IMG/VR virus record: IMGVR_UViG_3300007511_000006
Length of the DNA stretch: 63,905 bases
Reading direction: 5' to 3' (one strand)
Source: an uncultured virus (IMG/VR IMGVR_UViG_3300007511_000006)
Taxonomy: Duplodnaviria > Heunggongvirae > Uroviricota > Caudoviricetes
The notes under the pieces were generated by a model. It was not told the DNA's origin. It was given only the letters and a program-made list of their open reading frames with translations, and searched no databases. Shown piece by piece: positions 1 to 9,106 of the stretch (its first letter is position 1; every line of letters begins with the position of its first letter). The position numbers were made by a program, and so were the translations under genes.

Positions 1-78
1 TAAGTGTGCTAATGTTTTACCTAGAAAATTGGTGCTAAGACCAAATGATGCAGGTACTGTTCTTGTTACTGAAGCCAT
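1..78 (-). CDS. 5' part of a small late (probably virion) protein, truncated by the window edge
   Basis: ATG at 78 preceded by AGGAGA; reads MASVTRTVPASFGLSTNFLGKTLAHL; TATAAATA upstream at 110-117. Confidence 0.6.
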   Translation of the reverse strand, partial: MASVTRTVPASFGLSTNFLGKTLAHL

Positions 79-109
79 TTTAAATCTCCTAATCTAGCGT
101 TGTTATCTT

Positions 110-117
110 TATTTATA
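110..117 (-). promoter_or_regulatory. T4-type late promoter TATAAATA
   Basis: Exact match to the gp55-dependent late consensus, upstream of an RBS and ATG. Confidence 0.7.
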
Positions 118-133
118 TACAAAAATACAAAAT

Positions 134-163
134 AAAAAAGCGGGATATTTCTATCCCGCTTTT
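134..163 (-). terminator. Intrinsic terminator
   Basis: AAAAGCGGGATA-GAAA-TATCCCGCTTTTTT downstream of CDS 217..546. Confidence 0.85.
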
Positions 164-216
164 CTTGGAATCATTTGTTTCTAGCAATGCTAAAAACTGT
201 GATTTTACGCTAATAA

Positions 217-546
217 TTAAGCTAAGCTAACACCTGTGATTGTTTTGACACTTAGTGTTTGTGCGGCAATTGCGTCTAGACGTGCTTCTAGTGCTGTCCA
301 TACTGCGCCTGAACCGGCTGCAATGTGAGCGTGTGCGCCTGAAAGACCTACTACGAAGCCAGCGGCTGTAACTGTGCCTACGAACTCAACTGTACCGTGC
401 TGTGCAATTGCTTCTAGTGCTAGTTGTGCATCTGTATCTGTTGTAAAGTCGCCACCTGTTGAACATACCCATGTAATGTCACGAACACCTGCGTACTCTG
501 AATTATCTTGTGCTGTTGAATAAGCTGGATTTGTATAACCTGCCAT
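217..546 (-). CDS. Small Ala/Thr/Gly-rich late protein, probable virion component
   Basis: 109-aa ORF with AGGAGA RBS, own late promoter (600-607) and terminator. Confidence 0.6.
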   Translation of the reverse strand: MAGYTNPAYSTAQDNSEYAGVRDITWVCSTGGDFTTDTDAQLALEAIAQHGTVEFVGTVTAAGFVVGLSGAHAHIAAGSGAVWTALEARLDAIAAQTLSVKTITGVSLA

Positions 547-599
547 TTTTCTAATCTCCTATATCTTGTAATGTATAGATTTCTCTATACCGTTAATAT

Positions 600-607
600 T
601 ATTTATA
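600..607 (-). promoter_or_regulatory. T4-type late promoter TATAAATA
   Basis: Exact consensus in the intergenic gap. Confidence 0.7.
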
Positions 608-646
608 TCTAATTAGAAAAAATAAACTACGCTATTTCATTGCATA

Positions 647-1336
647 TTATTTATTGGCTAGCCACTTTCCTATTCCTTTGCCTACCACATAACCACCGGC
701 TGTCGCTAGTGCAATTTTTGCTGGTGTACTAATGCCTGTTTTTTCTGGATCTTTAGCACTTTTATCTTCATATCCACCCTTACGCATAAATCCTTCATAT
801 GGGCCGCGTAAATCACTTTTAGGTGTTTTGGCCCTCAATGCCTGTAACAATCTAGTAGTACCTTGCTTGCGCTCAGTACCATATAATCTATTCCAATCAC
901 TTAACAATCTTCTTACAGCACTATACTGCCCATTTCTAATACCTAAATTACGCTCTAAACTCATTAAAAATTGTTTGTCGAAGTTCGGATTAGCCTTACC
1001 TTGTGCCACATCTCTGAGATACCTTTTAAATTGTAATAAAGGCATACTTGCCCTACCAACTGGGCCAATTTGATTTGCGTATCTTTCTGGATTACTAAAA
1101 ACAGCTACCCAGTTGTGTAAATCTGTTGCTGTTGATCTAATATTACTGAAATCTTGATATTGCAAAGTTTTTCTAGCATATTCTGATGCCTGCGCGGCTG
1201 TGCTGGGATCAAATCGCATTGCCTGCAATGATAATACCGTCAAGTAAATACTTTCTGCCACTTGTTCAGCACTAAGATTCAAACCACGCTGGGTGCGTAG
1301 TGCTCGTGCTTCTGTTAAATCTTTAATAAAACCCAT
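647..1336 (-). CDS. Hypothetical phage protein (possible internal head protein)
   Basis: ORF 647..1345; ATG at 1336 overlaps the upstream stop (TGATG); N-terminus MGFIKDLTEA. Confidence 0.6.
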   Translation of the reverse strand: MGFIKDLTEARALRTQRGLNLSAEQVAESIYLTVLSLQAMRFDPSTAAQASEYARKTLQYQDFSNIRSTATDLHNWVAVFSNPERYANQIGPVGRASMPLLQFKRYLRDVAQGKANPNFDKQFLMSLERNLGIRNGQYSAVRRLLSDWNRLYGTERKQGTTRLLQALRAKTPKSDLRGPYEGFMRKGGYEDKSAKDPEKTGISTPAKIALATAGGYVVGKGIGKWLANK

Positions 1337-2679
1337 CAACCCCACTCCTTTTGACTTAAAAAGTTTCTTCTTGAAAACTCCATTCTATCTACTAATTTTA
1401 CGGCATTACCTATTCTATCAATTGCTACAAAACCCTCGGGGTCTGCTACCTCGTAGCCGCCATCTGTTTTATAAAATGTTCCAATACCTTCTACTTTGTT
1501 TAATTTGTTTACTAAGATCATTTTAATCTGTACGATTTGTTTATATATGCCAAGTATTGCTAATAATGTATTACTGTTATCTTCGATAAACTGTTTGTTT
1601 GCTTCTATTTTTTGTACACGCGCCTGTCCTGCAGGCCCTTCAATACCAGTTTTTAGTTTATCAATTTCGGCTTGCATACGATCATCATAATAGTTAATAA
1701 AGTCTTGCAAGAAATTTGTAGCATTGGATACTTGTCCTTCTCCTTGGCGAATCTTTTCGTTAATAAAGATGGGAATATATTTCATAAACTCTTCATTTTT
1801 CAACATTGTGTTGAATTTTGAGGCATTTGTTTTAGATAAAATATCACTCATCTTCTCAACACCGCGCCTTACAGAATCTGTTTCTCTTGCAGTTAATGTA
1901 GCAACGCCTGTTAAATCTTTATACGTAGCATCATCCATCCAAACTTTTTTGTTACCTTCTGGTGCTATTACACCATATTGTGTTTGCATGTCACTAATCT
2001 CAGGCCCGCCAGTATATTGCGTATGCCATACTATACCAAAGTCTGCGGCCAGTAATTGCTGTGCTAATTCACTGCCGACAGGGACAGCATATGTAATTTC
2101 TTGTGGTCTAAAAGCAATATATTTTTCCCCTTCAATAGTTACTGTTTTTAAATCACCTTTAGCAAACATAAAGTCGCCATGCAGTATGCCATCAAAGTTT
2201 AATTTTGGCAATTCTTTTAAAGCCATCTTAAACTTATTACGCAGGCCTGCTCTTGTCTTACCTTTTTCTAAACCAGCATCAGAATGGTTCTTGTCAATAT
2301 CTTTAGGTGTTTTGTTTAATTTAGGATTTTTATTAAAAAAGCCGTGCTTTGTTGCTACAAAAAACTTACCGTCCTTTGGATCAGTGCCAGCAACAATAGC
2401 AGGAGCACCATCCCACTTAGTTGTTATTTTGGTACGTTTGCCTCCGTGTCCGGAAAGCATACCAGCAACGTTGGCCAAATAGTTTAATGCTTGTTTAGCG
2501 CCTTTGTATCCTTGCGTAAATACCAAGTCTTCAAGGTGTGTCATATGTGTGCGGTCTTCTTTTTCAAAAAGCCATTTAGATTCGTTAATAAGATTTCCTT
2601 CGCGGTCTTTGCGTGGTGCACGGTCCTTGCGACGTTTTGCTCTTGCTGGTCGTTCTTCGTGTAGATCAGATATCTTCAT
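1336..2679 (-). CDS. DUF6267-like protein with covalent nucleotidyltransferase (ligase-type) motifs
   Basis: HMTHLEDL, TTKWDGAP (KxDG), LHGDFMF, PEGFVA, VKLVDR in ligase motif order; likely start MKISDL at 2679. Confidence 0.65.
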   Translation of the reverse strand: MKISDLHEERPARAKRRKDRAPRKDREGNLINESKWLFEKEDRTHMTHLEDLVFTQGYKGAKQALNYLANVAGMLSGHGGKRTKITTKWDGAPAIVAGTDPKDGKFFVATKHGFFNKNPKLNKTPKDIDKNHSDAGLEKGKTRAGLRNKFKMALKELPKLNFDGILHGDFMFAKGDLKTVTIEGEKYIAFRPQEITYAVPVGSELAQQLLAADFGIVWHTQYTGGPEISDMQTQYGVIAPEGNKKVWMDDATYKDLTGVATLTARETDSVRRGVEKMSDILSKTNASKFNTMLKNEEFMKYIPIFINEKIRQGEGQVSNATNFLQDFINYYDDRMQAEIDKLKTGIEGPAGQARVQKIEANKQFIEDNSNTLLAILGIYKQIVQIKMILVNKLNKVEGIGTFYKTDGGYEVADPEGFVAIDRIGNAVKLVDRMEFSRRNFLSQKEWG

Positions 2680-2911
2680 TATTAACAATATCCAATAATT
2701 CTGTTATAGCATCACTAAAACGTTTTTTAGTTGCTTCATCAACATCGTCCCAATCTATTTTAATCCAATCATCTACAACGTTTTCTAATTCGCCGGACAT
2801 TTGATCTACAATACCACTTGTTTTACCTGGTGGGAATCTTTTATAACGTGGGGGCGGCCGCCTAGTTAAAACTTTTGAGTCTACGTACGGCGATATTTCA
2901 CTCAGTTTCAC
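2666..2911 (-). CDS. Hypothetical protein
   Basis: ORF 2666..2941; GTG at 2911 (MKLSEIS) gives short overlaps with both neighbours. Confidence 0.5.
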   Translation of the reverse strand: MKLSEISPYVDSKVLTRRPPPRYKRFPPGKTSGIVDQMSGELENVVDDWIKIDWDDVDEATKKRFSDAITELLDIVNNEDI

Positions 2912-3152
2912 TGTCGCCCGCCTTGCGAATACTACGCACAAATTTTTTATTATCTTGTCCGCGTATACTATTAAGAAGTCGTCTTTCTAGTTCAGAAGCA
3001 GTAGCATGGTCATAGTTTTCATAAATATTATTAATAAGATTTACTGCACTGTCAATGATATGTATAGCGCGACTTTCAATAATCGCACTCTTATTTTTCT
3101 CGCTATATAGAGAATTCAATTCTTCAAGTATAGTTCTAGTTTTACGTTTCAT
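2898..3152 (-). CDS. Hypothetical helical phage protein
   Basis: ORF 2898..3164, likely start MKRKTRTILEEL; TAAATA at 3173-3178 upstream. Confidence 0.6.
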   Translation of the reverse strand: MKRKTRTILEELNSLYSEKNKSAIIESRAIHIIDSAVNLINNIYENYDHATASELERRLLNSIRGQDNKKFVRSIRKAGDSETE

Positions 3153-3193
3153 ATTAATATACACTCTGTATATATTTAGTTAAATTTCCACTA

Positions 3194-3682
3194 TTAATTG
3201 TTAAATTTTGCTTTCTTATTAATAGATGTCCAACCAAATCCTCTAACAGAGTAGTAACAAGAAACAACTTTCCAACTTGGAATTTTAGGTTCTGCTGATT
3301 CCATTCCCAATTTGAATATATTGTCTGCTTGTTTTCGAAGGCTTTTGATACTTGTTTTGTCTAAAGCGCCTTGGTCTTTGTGTTTTCTAATAGCACCGTA
3401 AAGAGCATCATGTATAACTGCACCACGGGCAACATCCCACGGAGAAATAATACTCCACATTGCTCTGGATATTGATGCTAAATCTGTTTTATATCCAACT
3501 GGAGCTGTGATCATAATATGATCATCAGTTTCTCTAATTTTTACATCTGTAAGTTTCCAAACTGACATTGAATTAACAATATCAGCAACTCTACTTTTTT
3601 CAATCTCAAATGTAAGAGACTCAGTTAATACCCATTCTCTCGGGCCAAGAAAATCTGCTTGTAAATAATCATGCCACCGCAT
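3194..3682 (-). CDS. DUF1353 family protein
   Basis: PVGYKTDLASI, AVIHDALY and RKQADNIF motifs; TATAAATA at 3712-3719. Confidence 0.75.
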   Translation of the reverse strand: MRWHDYLQADFLGPREWVLTESLTFEIEKSRVADIVNSMSVWKLTDVKIRETDDHIMITAPVGYKTDLASISRAMWSIISPWDVARGAVIHDALYGAIRKHKDQGALDKTSIKSLRKQADNIFKLGMESAEPKIPSWKVVSCYYSVRGFGWTSINKKAKFNN

Positions 3683-3714
3683 AGTATAAATTCCTGTTAG
3701 GTTGTTTATACTAT

Positions 3715-5133
3715 TTATAATTCCTCGTTGTTTCGCATGTTGCTGAGTAGAGAACGAATTTTACTACCACTTGCTTCTGCTGTAACTTTGGGAGCATCAC
3801 CTGCACTACTGACTGTTGCACTTCTGTTAATTTTGTTGAATATGTCTGTTTGGGATCCTGCTGGTGTATATTCTGTGCTTTCATCATTTTGATATGACTG
3901 TGCATCTTCTCCCAGATCTCTAATACGTAAACTTTCCAAATCAAATTCTAGATCAAGTTTTTGGCCAACACCACTACTACTTCTAGTTTTCATAAACTGT
4001 ATTTGATATCTTCCACGCTCACGCATTGCTCTACTTGTAAAAATACCAATAACATTGTCTGCTGTATTAACTTTACTAATACCGCCTGCAATATGTGAAT
4101 GATCAAACTCAATTTCATCCACAGCACCTCTGTTTAACTGCGATGCTGTAACTAATACAGTGTCTAGTTCTTTAGCAAAGTTTCTTAGTTCTTCTGCTAC
4201 ATACTTGTCTTTAACAAACAAATCACTTGGTGCTACTTTAGCACTTACCGGCATACACAGATCTAAGTAATCAATCAAAATCGCATCTGGCTTTATACCC
4301 TTTTGCACACTTAATTCTTTTACATAACTGCGAAAATCATTAATGTTACTTTGTGCTGGCATATACTTAATTTGTAATTTACCCGCCTTCTTAGATACTA
4401 ACTTAATTTTCATTTCAACTGTATCAAGATCTTTAAAAATTTCTTTTGTTGCAATGTTAGATATCATACTGTCAATACGCATTGCTGTAAGTTCTTCGCT
4501 TAATTCCAATGTAAAATATAAAACATTTAATCCGGCCAATACCCAGTTAACTGCTACGTTTTGCATAAACAAACTTTTACCACTACCACTGCCACCTGCA
4601 AAAATATTTAACTCGCCCTTGTTAAAGCCACCAAACAGTTTCTTGTCAAACGTTGGCCAACCTGTGCTCAACTGTCCGTTATTAGATTTTAGCGATAGTA
4701 GTCTTTCTCTTGGATTGTCCCAATAGTCTGTACCCATATCTTTTGTAAGACCAATCTGTACTGCTTTCTTAATTTTAGACTCAACTAGGTTGTAGTCACC
4801 CTTTTCTAATAGATCAGCACTATCTAAAATTGCTCTCTCAAGTTCTTTATGCCTACTAAAAGTTTCAAACTCATCCATTAACCAATTAGTGTGGTCTTCT
4901 GCTACTTCTTCTATAATATTTAATTTAGAACCTGTTTTACTGTTTATTTGTTTTATTTCGGGCAAAGATTTATATTCATTCACATATTCTTTTATAAACT
5001 TTGCTACTGGACGCAAACTTCTATCAAAGTTTTGCGGATTAAAAATGTTCTGTACTCTTACGTATGCTTCCGGATTTGCCACAAGCATTTCAAGATACAG
5101 TTTTTGTAGATCTACGTTATACTCTTTGTTCAT
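3715..5133 (-). CDS. gp41: DnaB-like replicative helicase (T4 gp41-like)
   Basis: Walker A GGSGSGKS, ILIDYLD, TASQLNR, MKTR; adjacent to the primase. Confidence 0.92.
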   Translation of the reverse strand: MNKEYNVDLQKLYLEMLVANPEAYVRVQNIFNPQNFDRSLRPVAKFIKEYVNEYKSLPEIKQINSKTGSKLNIIEEVAEDHTNWLMDEFETFSRHKELERAILDSADLLEKGDYNLVESKIKKAVQIGLTKDMGTDYWDNPRERLLSLKSNNGQLSTGWPTFDKKLFGGFNKGELNIFAGGSGSGKSLFMQNVAVNWVLAGLNVLYFTLELSEELTAMRIDSMISNIATKEIFKDLDTVEMKIKLVSKKAGKLQIKYMPAQSNINDFRSYVKELSVQKGIKPDAILIDYLDLCMPVSAKVAPSDLFVKDKYVAEELRNFAKELDTVLVTASQLNRGAVDEIEFDHSHIAGGISKVNTADNVIGIFTSRAMRERGRYQIQFMKTRSSSGVGQKLDLEFDLESLRIRDLGEDAQSYQNDESTEYTPAGSQTDIFNKINRSATVSSAGDAPKVTAEASGSKIRSLLSNMRNNEEL

Positions 5134-6100
5134 TTAGTCTTTTCTTTGCCATTAAGTTTATCTTGAGACTCGATGTCTCAACATTATCTATTATATTTTT
5201 TAGTGTAAATATTCTACCATATTGGACTATTGCTTCGTTTATATCCTTACAAGTGTCGTGCCACGTTGGAAAACTTACGTCCCAGTTATATTTTAGTGCT
5301 TGCTGTATAAGTTTGTTTCCGGCACTATCGTTATCAGGTACCATTATAACTTGCCTGTTTAAACTCTCAATCAAATCAACCTGTGCATCACTTATATCAC
5401 TGCCTAGTATAGCAACGCCTTCTACAGCAATAGCATCAAATGGGCCTTCTGTCACAATAACAAACTTGCGATCTTCTGTTTGCCCATCCATATTAAACAC
5501 AAACCCCTGTGGTGTGCTAGTAAAATATTTTGGATTACCACGCACAGTTAAACGTGCGGTGTATCCTACAATTTCTCCTTTCCAAAAGAATGGTATTATT
5601 ACACGCCTGTCAAACTTTGTTTCTGTTATTGGCGTCCAATAAAAATTGTAGTCATTAATACTTAGCCCTCTGTTTGCCAAATACTTTACAATTTGGGTAT
5701 TATCGCTTTTTAGCAGGTTGCTTTCTTTTGGAAAATCTTTAAGTTCAAAGTTAAACTCTGTTTCTTCTTCAATAAGATCGTGTTCAATAGCAGTTTCTTT
5801 TAACTGTATTGCTGTTAATACAAGGCGCTTAATATCACCTTCCGGAACACTTAGCCACGACATTAACTGCCGCATTTTTCTGCTTAAATGTCTTCCGGGT
5901 TGCCAGCCTGTTTTATACCCACAGTTGAAACAATTATATGAGATCGCCTCACCGTTGATTATAATACCGCCTCGGCCACGCTTATCTTGTGTTTCTCCGT
6001 TATGTATGCAACAAGGCGCATTAAATGAATTCCAGCCACTAGAACTTTTCTTTACCCTTCCAGGCAAATTGTTCATAATAACTGACTGTACTAAGTTCAT
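5117..6100 (-). CDS. gp61: DNA primase (T4 gp61-like)
   Basis: N-terminal Cys/His zinc-binding motifs, TOPRIM motifs TEGPFDA, PDND, KDINE; start moved to ATG 6100 because the ORF-track start lies inside the promoter. Confidence 0.9.
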   Translation of the reverse strand: MNLVQSVIMNNLPGRVKKSSSGWNSFNAPCCIHNGETQDKRGRGGIIINGEAISYNCFNCGYKTGWQPGRHLSRKMRQLMSWLSVPEGDIKRLVLTAIQLKETAIEHDLIEEETEFNFELKDFPKESNLLKSDNTQIVKYLANRGLSINDYNFYWTPITETKFDRRVIIPFFWKGEIVGYTARLTVRGNPKYFTSTPQGFVFNMDGQTEDRKFVIVTEGPFDAIAVEGVAILGSDISDAQVDLIESLNRQVIMVPDNDSAGNKLIQQALKYNWDVSFPTWHDTCKDINEAIVQYGRIFTLKNIIDNVETSSLKINLMAKKRLNEQRV

Positions 6101-6106
6101 AGTACT

Positions 6107-6135
6107 ATTATACAACCTGATGTGCTATATGTCAA
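6107..6135 (-). promoter_or_regulatory. sigma70-type early/middle promoter of the primase-helicase operon
   Basis: TTGACA-N17-TATAAT, a perfect consensus, 6 nt before the ATG. Confidence 0.85.
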
Positions 6136-6149
6136 GAATCATAATGATA

Positions 6150-7892
6150 TTATTCAATAGCAAATGAATTAGTAATATTTGCTATACCTTCCTGGGAAAA
6201 AGAATGATAAAGATATTGTTCAATAACAAATGAATGACTATATAATTTATTATTAATTTCAATGACGTCTATAAAAAATCCATACTTTTCATTGAAAAAG
6301 TTTAACTTTTTTACTAATTGGTCTGCCATAAACTTTAGAAAATAATAATGCTTATCTAGATAATACGAAAATGGTGCCAAGTCATAGCTATTTTGTTGCC
6401 TCTGCAATTGGTAATGGTTATACAGTGCCGATATGTTCCTAGATAAAAAATAATCTTGTATGTAATTTGTATCCATTATTAAATTTACATCTATCAAATC
6501 TAAATCTACATCTTTGTTTATAATACTTTTATATGTGCTATCAATGCCATTTAATGGAATTTCCTCGCCAAACGAATAACTTGAATTACTAAATTTAATA
6601 AATCTTATCTTAGATAAATTGTGTTTTTTTTGATAATTAATATCATAGGCTGGTGAATTTGGAAGTATTATCCAGGGATGAAGTAATACCAAGTCTATAT
6701 TAACGAGAGAAAATTCTTTAAACATATATATATTTTTTTCTAAGGTGGCGCCTGGTAAGCCATTTATAACCTCTGCTTTTATATATTGTCCTGCTTTTTT
6801 TAATGTTTTTATAAGTTCTTTATTTTCTTCCCAAGTAATACTTGGTCTATTAATATTATCCAAAACTTCTTTATCTATGTGTTGCAAAGAAACTTTAGAT
6901 ATGCTGCCTTTGGGTGTTTTTGAATTTTTGGCTTTATATAACTCAAGTTCTAATACACGATCTTTATGTAATTTTGCATTACTAGGATTTTCAAAATAAT
7001 GGTAATCATTACTAAAATTATCATGGCCAAACTTAACTACATCTACGTCATCTTTAAGTATTCCCACATTTGCATCCGTAATCATAAGAACTACATATTT
7101 AAGTTTTGATAAAAATTTTATTTCTTCCCTCCAATCCAATGTAGCTACATTAACTTTATGATGTAACCCAGAAGACCAGTCGCAAAAAGTACAAGCATAC
7201 GGACATCCTCGGACTCTTTCCCATGGAATAAATATAAACGAATCCGAATTACTGTCATTTTGTTTTGCATCCAGGCCTTTCGCCTCTAACCATTTTACTC
7301 TATTCTTTTTTGCAACTTCATACTCTTGTAGTAGATCTTGTTTTAAATCCAAGTAAGGATTATATGCTAGATGATCTTTAAATTTAAAAATCTTATACCG
7401 GGTTTTAAACTCTTTAGTTATTAAATTAGGAATAGTCTGCTCGTTTATTGGAGTAATAAAACTATCTAATAGCATTTGGAATGTTTCTTCACCATCTCCA
7501 TAACAAACATAGTCAAAATAAGGATTCTTTTTTGCGTATTCTGTGCCCAAAACATGTTCAACTTCAGGACCACCTGCTATTATAATACAATTAGGAAAGA
7601 CCTTTTTAATTTTCTTTGCTAATCGAATCGAATTATTAGAATTCCAAAGATAAAGGGTAAGACAAACAATATCAGGTTTTTTTTCTTTGATTACGTTAAA
7701 CGCTTTATTAACTTGGTTACCTTTTGTGTTGGGGCTGAACCCATTCTCATTCGGTAACCAGGTATAATTTTTATAATGTTTTCCTGTCTTTTTATAAAAA
7801 GATCTTAAACTATAAGAAACTAAACTGATTATGGGGCCGGTGTATCTCGACTGATCCGTGCCTGTATGTAAATTAATAAACTGCACTTTCAT
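6150..7892 (-). CDS. Cobalamin-binding radical SAM protein (class B-like)
   Basis: B12-binding-domain motifs (PDIVCLTLYLWN, IIAGGPE, GDGEE) then RGCPYACTFCDW (CxxxCxxC). Confidence 0.85.
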   Translation of the reverse strand: MKVQFINLHTGTDQSRYTGPIISLVSYSLRSFYKKTGKHYKNYTWLPNENGFSPNTKGNQVNKAFNVIKEKKPDIVCLTLYLWNSNNSIRLAKKIKKVFPNCIIIAGGPEVEHVLGTEYAKKNPYFDYVCYGDGEETFQMLLDSFITPINEQTIPNLITKEFKTRYKIFKFKDHLAYNPYLDLKQDLLQEYEVAKKNRVKWLEAKGLDAKQNDSNSDSFIFIPWERVRGCPYACTFCDWSSGLHHKVNVATLDWREEIKFLSKLKYVVLMITDANVGILKDDVDVVKFGHDNFSNDYHYFENPSNAKLHKDRVLELELYKAKNSKTPKGSISKVSLQHIDKEVLDNINRPSITWEENKELIKTLKKAGQYIKAEVINGLPGATLEKNIYMFKEFSLVNIDLVLLHPWIILPNSPAYDINYQKKHNLSKIRFIKFSNSSYSFGEEIPLNGIDSTYKSIINKDVDLDLIDVNLIMDTNYIQDYFLSRNISALYNHYQLQRQQNSYDLAPFSYYLDKHYYFLKFMADQLVKKLNFFNEKYGFFIDVIEINNKLYSHSFVIEQYLYHSFSQEGIANITNSFAIE

Positions 7893-7926
7893 AACGTATT
7901 ATATATTACATTATTATTTAACAATG

Positions 7927-8697
7927 TTATGAGCGGTAAAGAATTTTTTCCATACTACCTGCAGTTGGTGTGTGTACAAATCGTACTCTGTTATAAACTC
8001 CATTCCAGTTAGTATATGCAATGCCGGTTTTTGATGCCAAAGTTACAGTTTTAATGTCAAAATAATCGGCAGGCGCCACATTATCATTTAATGTTGCTTG
8101 TACTTTGATATCACCACTGTAACCATTTACATAAAATGCGGCAGTATGTAATCCTGTATTTTGGTTTAATTTTGACTCTGCCACTAAAGGATCACTGGTA
8201 TATGTACCGCCTGCTTCCTGGAAGTCTGCTAATTTTAATTCTAGACTTTCTTTTATGTCTGGGAACACTCCATCTAAGATTTGTAATTGGCCAATAACAT
8301 CATATGCGCCGTCTACGTACCCAATCATTTGATTTTCTTCACCGTCTACAACCTTCACTGAATAATTTAGATATTGGCTATCTAAATTTAACAAATCACC
8401 TTCTGTAATAGTAACCTTTGCCTTGCCATTAATACCATCTACAATCGTTGCTGTTTTATTTAAAAGCACACTTGTTCCGTCCGACGAGTTTAGTATACTA
8501 AACGTAATCGTCTTGTCTGTAATGGTTAAAGTTTTTTGGTTATCGTTTTTCAATTGTATTTGTATTGTGTTATCAATACCTTTGTATAATTTAATCGGAT
8601 GATTATACATTTCATACCCCCAATGTTGTTTGTCAGTGTCAACCTTAATTTTCAAATTAATAATTTGGTCATATAAATAGACAGTAGTAACTAGCAT
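7927..8697 (-). CDS. Probable virion/baseplate protein (BppU-like beta-sandwich)
   Basis: beta-rich sequence, IKLYKGIDNTIQIQLKN, late TAAATA upstream. Confidence 0.45.
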   Translation of the reverse strand: MLVTTVYLYDQIINLKIKVDTDKQHWGYEMYNHPIKLYKGIDNTIQIQLKNDNQKTLTITDKTITFSILNSSDGTSVLLNKTATIVDGINGKAKVTITEGDLLNLDSQYLNYSVKVVDGEENQMIGYVDGAYDVIGQLQILDGVFPDIKESLELKLADFQEAGGTYTSDPLVAESKLNQNTGLHTAAFYVNGYSGDIKVQATLNDNVAPADYFDIKTVTLASKTGIAYTNWNGVYNRVRFVHTPTAGSMEKILYRS

Positions 8698-8726
8698 TTT
8701 ATAAAATCCTTTACTATATTTATTTT

Positions 8727-9101
8727 ATGTCTAACATTTATCAAGAACTAACCGAGAAATACCCGTTTATAAGTTATATCAAGTATGTTGATAAAGAGTT
8801 TATTGGCATTATTTTAAATAAAGATGCATCAATTATTAGTATATATGACTATAATGCGCTTCCTAGCATTAAAGTAAAGCAAAAATTTTTAGAATTGGGA
8901 GATGTCTGGTGGTGGGAATCCAATAGATTATTTCCTATTAACGTTTTTCTTAAAAAAGAATTTGTACCTTTCAAACCTTATATTAAAACATTTATGGCGA
9001 AAGATGTAGAAATAGTCCATGGCCCATATGTTAGTATGAATGAACTTGCTCAACGCAGAACAAAACGTAGAAATATTCAATTAGTCCAAAAGGTAAAATA
9101 G
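8727..9101 (+). CDS. Hypothetical phage protein
   Basis: 124-aa ORF with WWWESNR motif; first gene of a plus-strand block. Confidence 0.65.
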   Translation: MSNIYQELTEKYPFISYIKYVDKEFIGIILNKDASIISIYDYNALPSIKVKQKFLELGDVWWWESNRLFPINVFLKKEFVPFKPYIKTFMAKDVEIVHGPYVSMNELAQRRTKRRNIQLVQKVK

Positions 9102-9106
9102 GTAAA

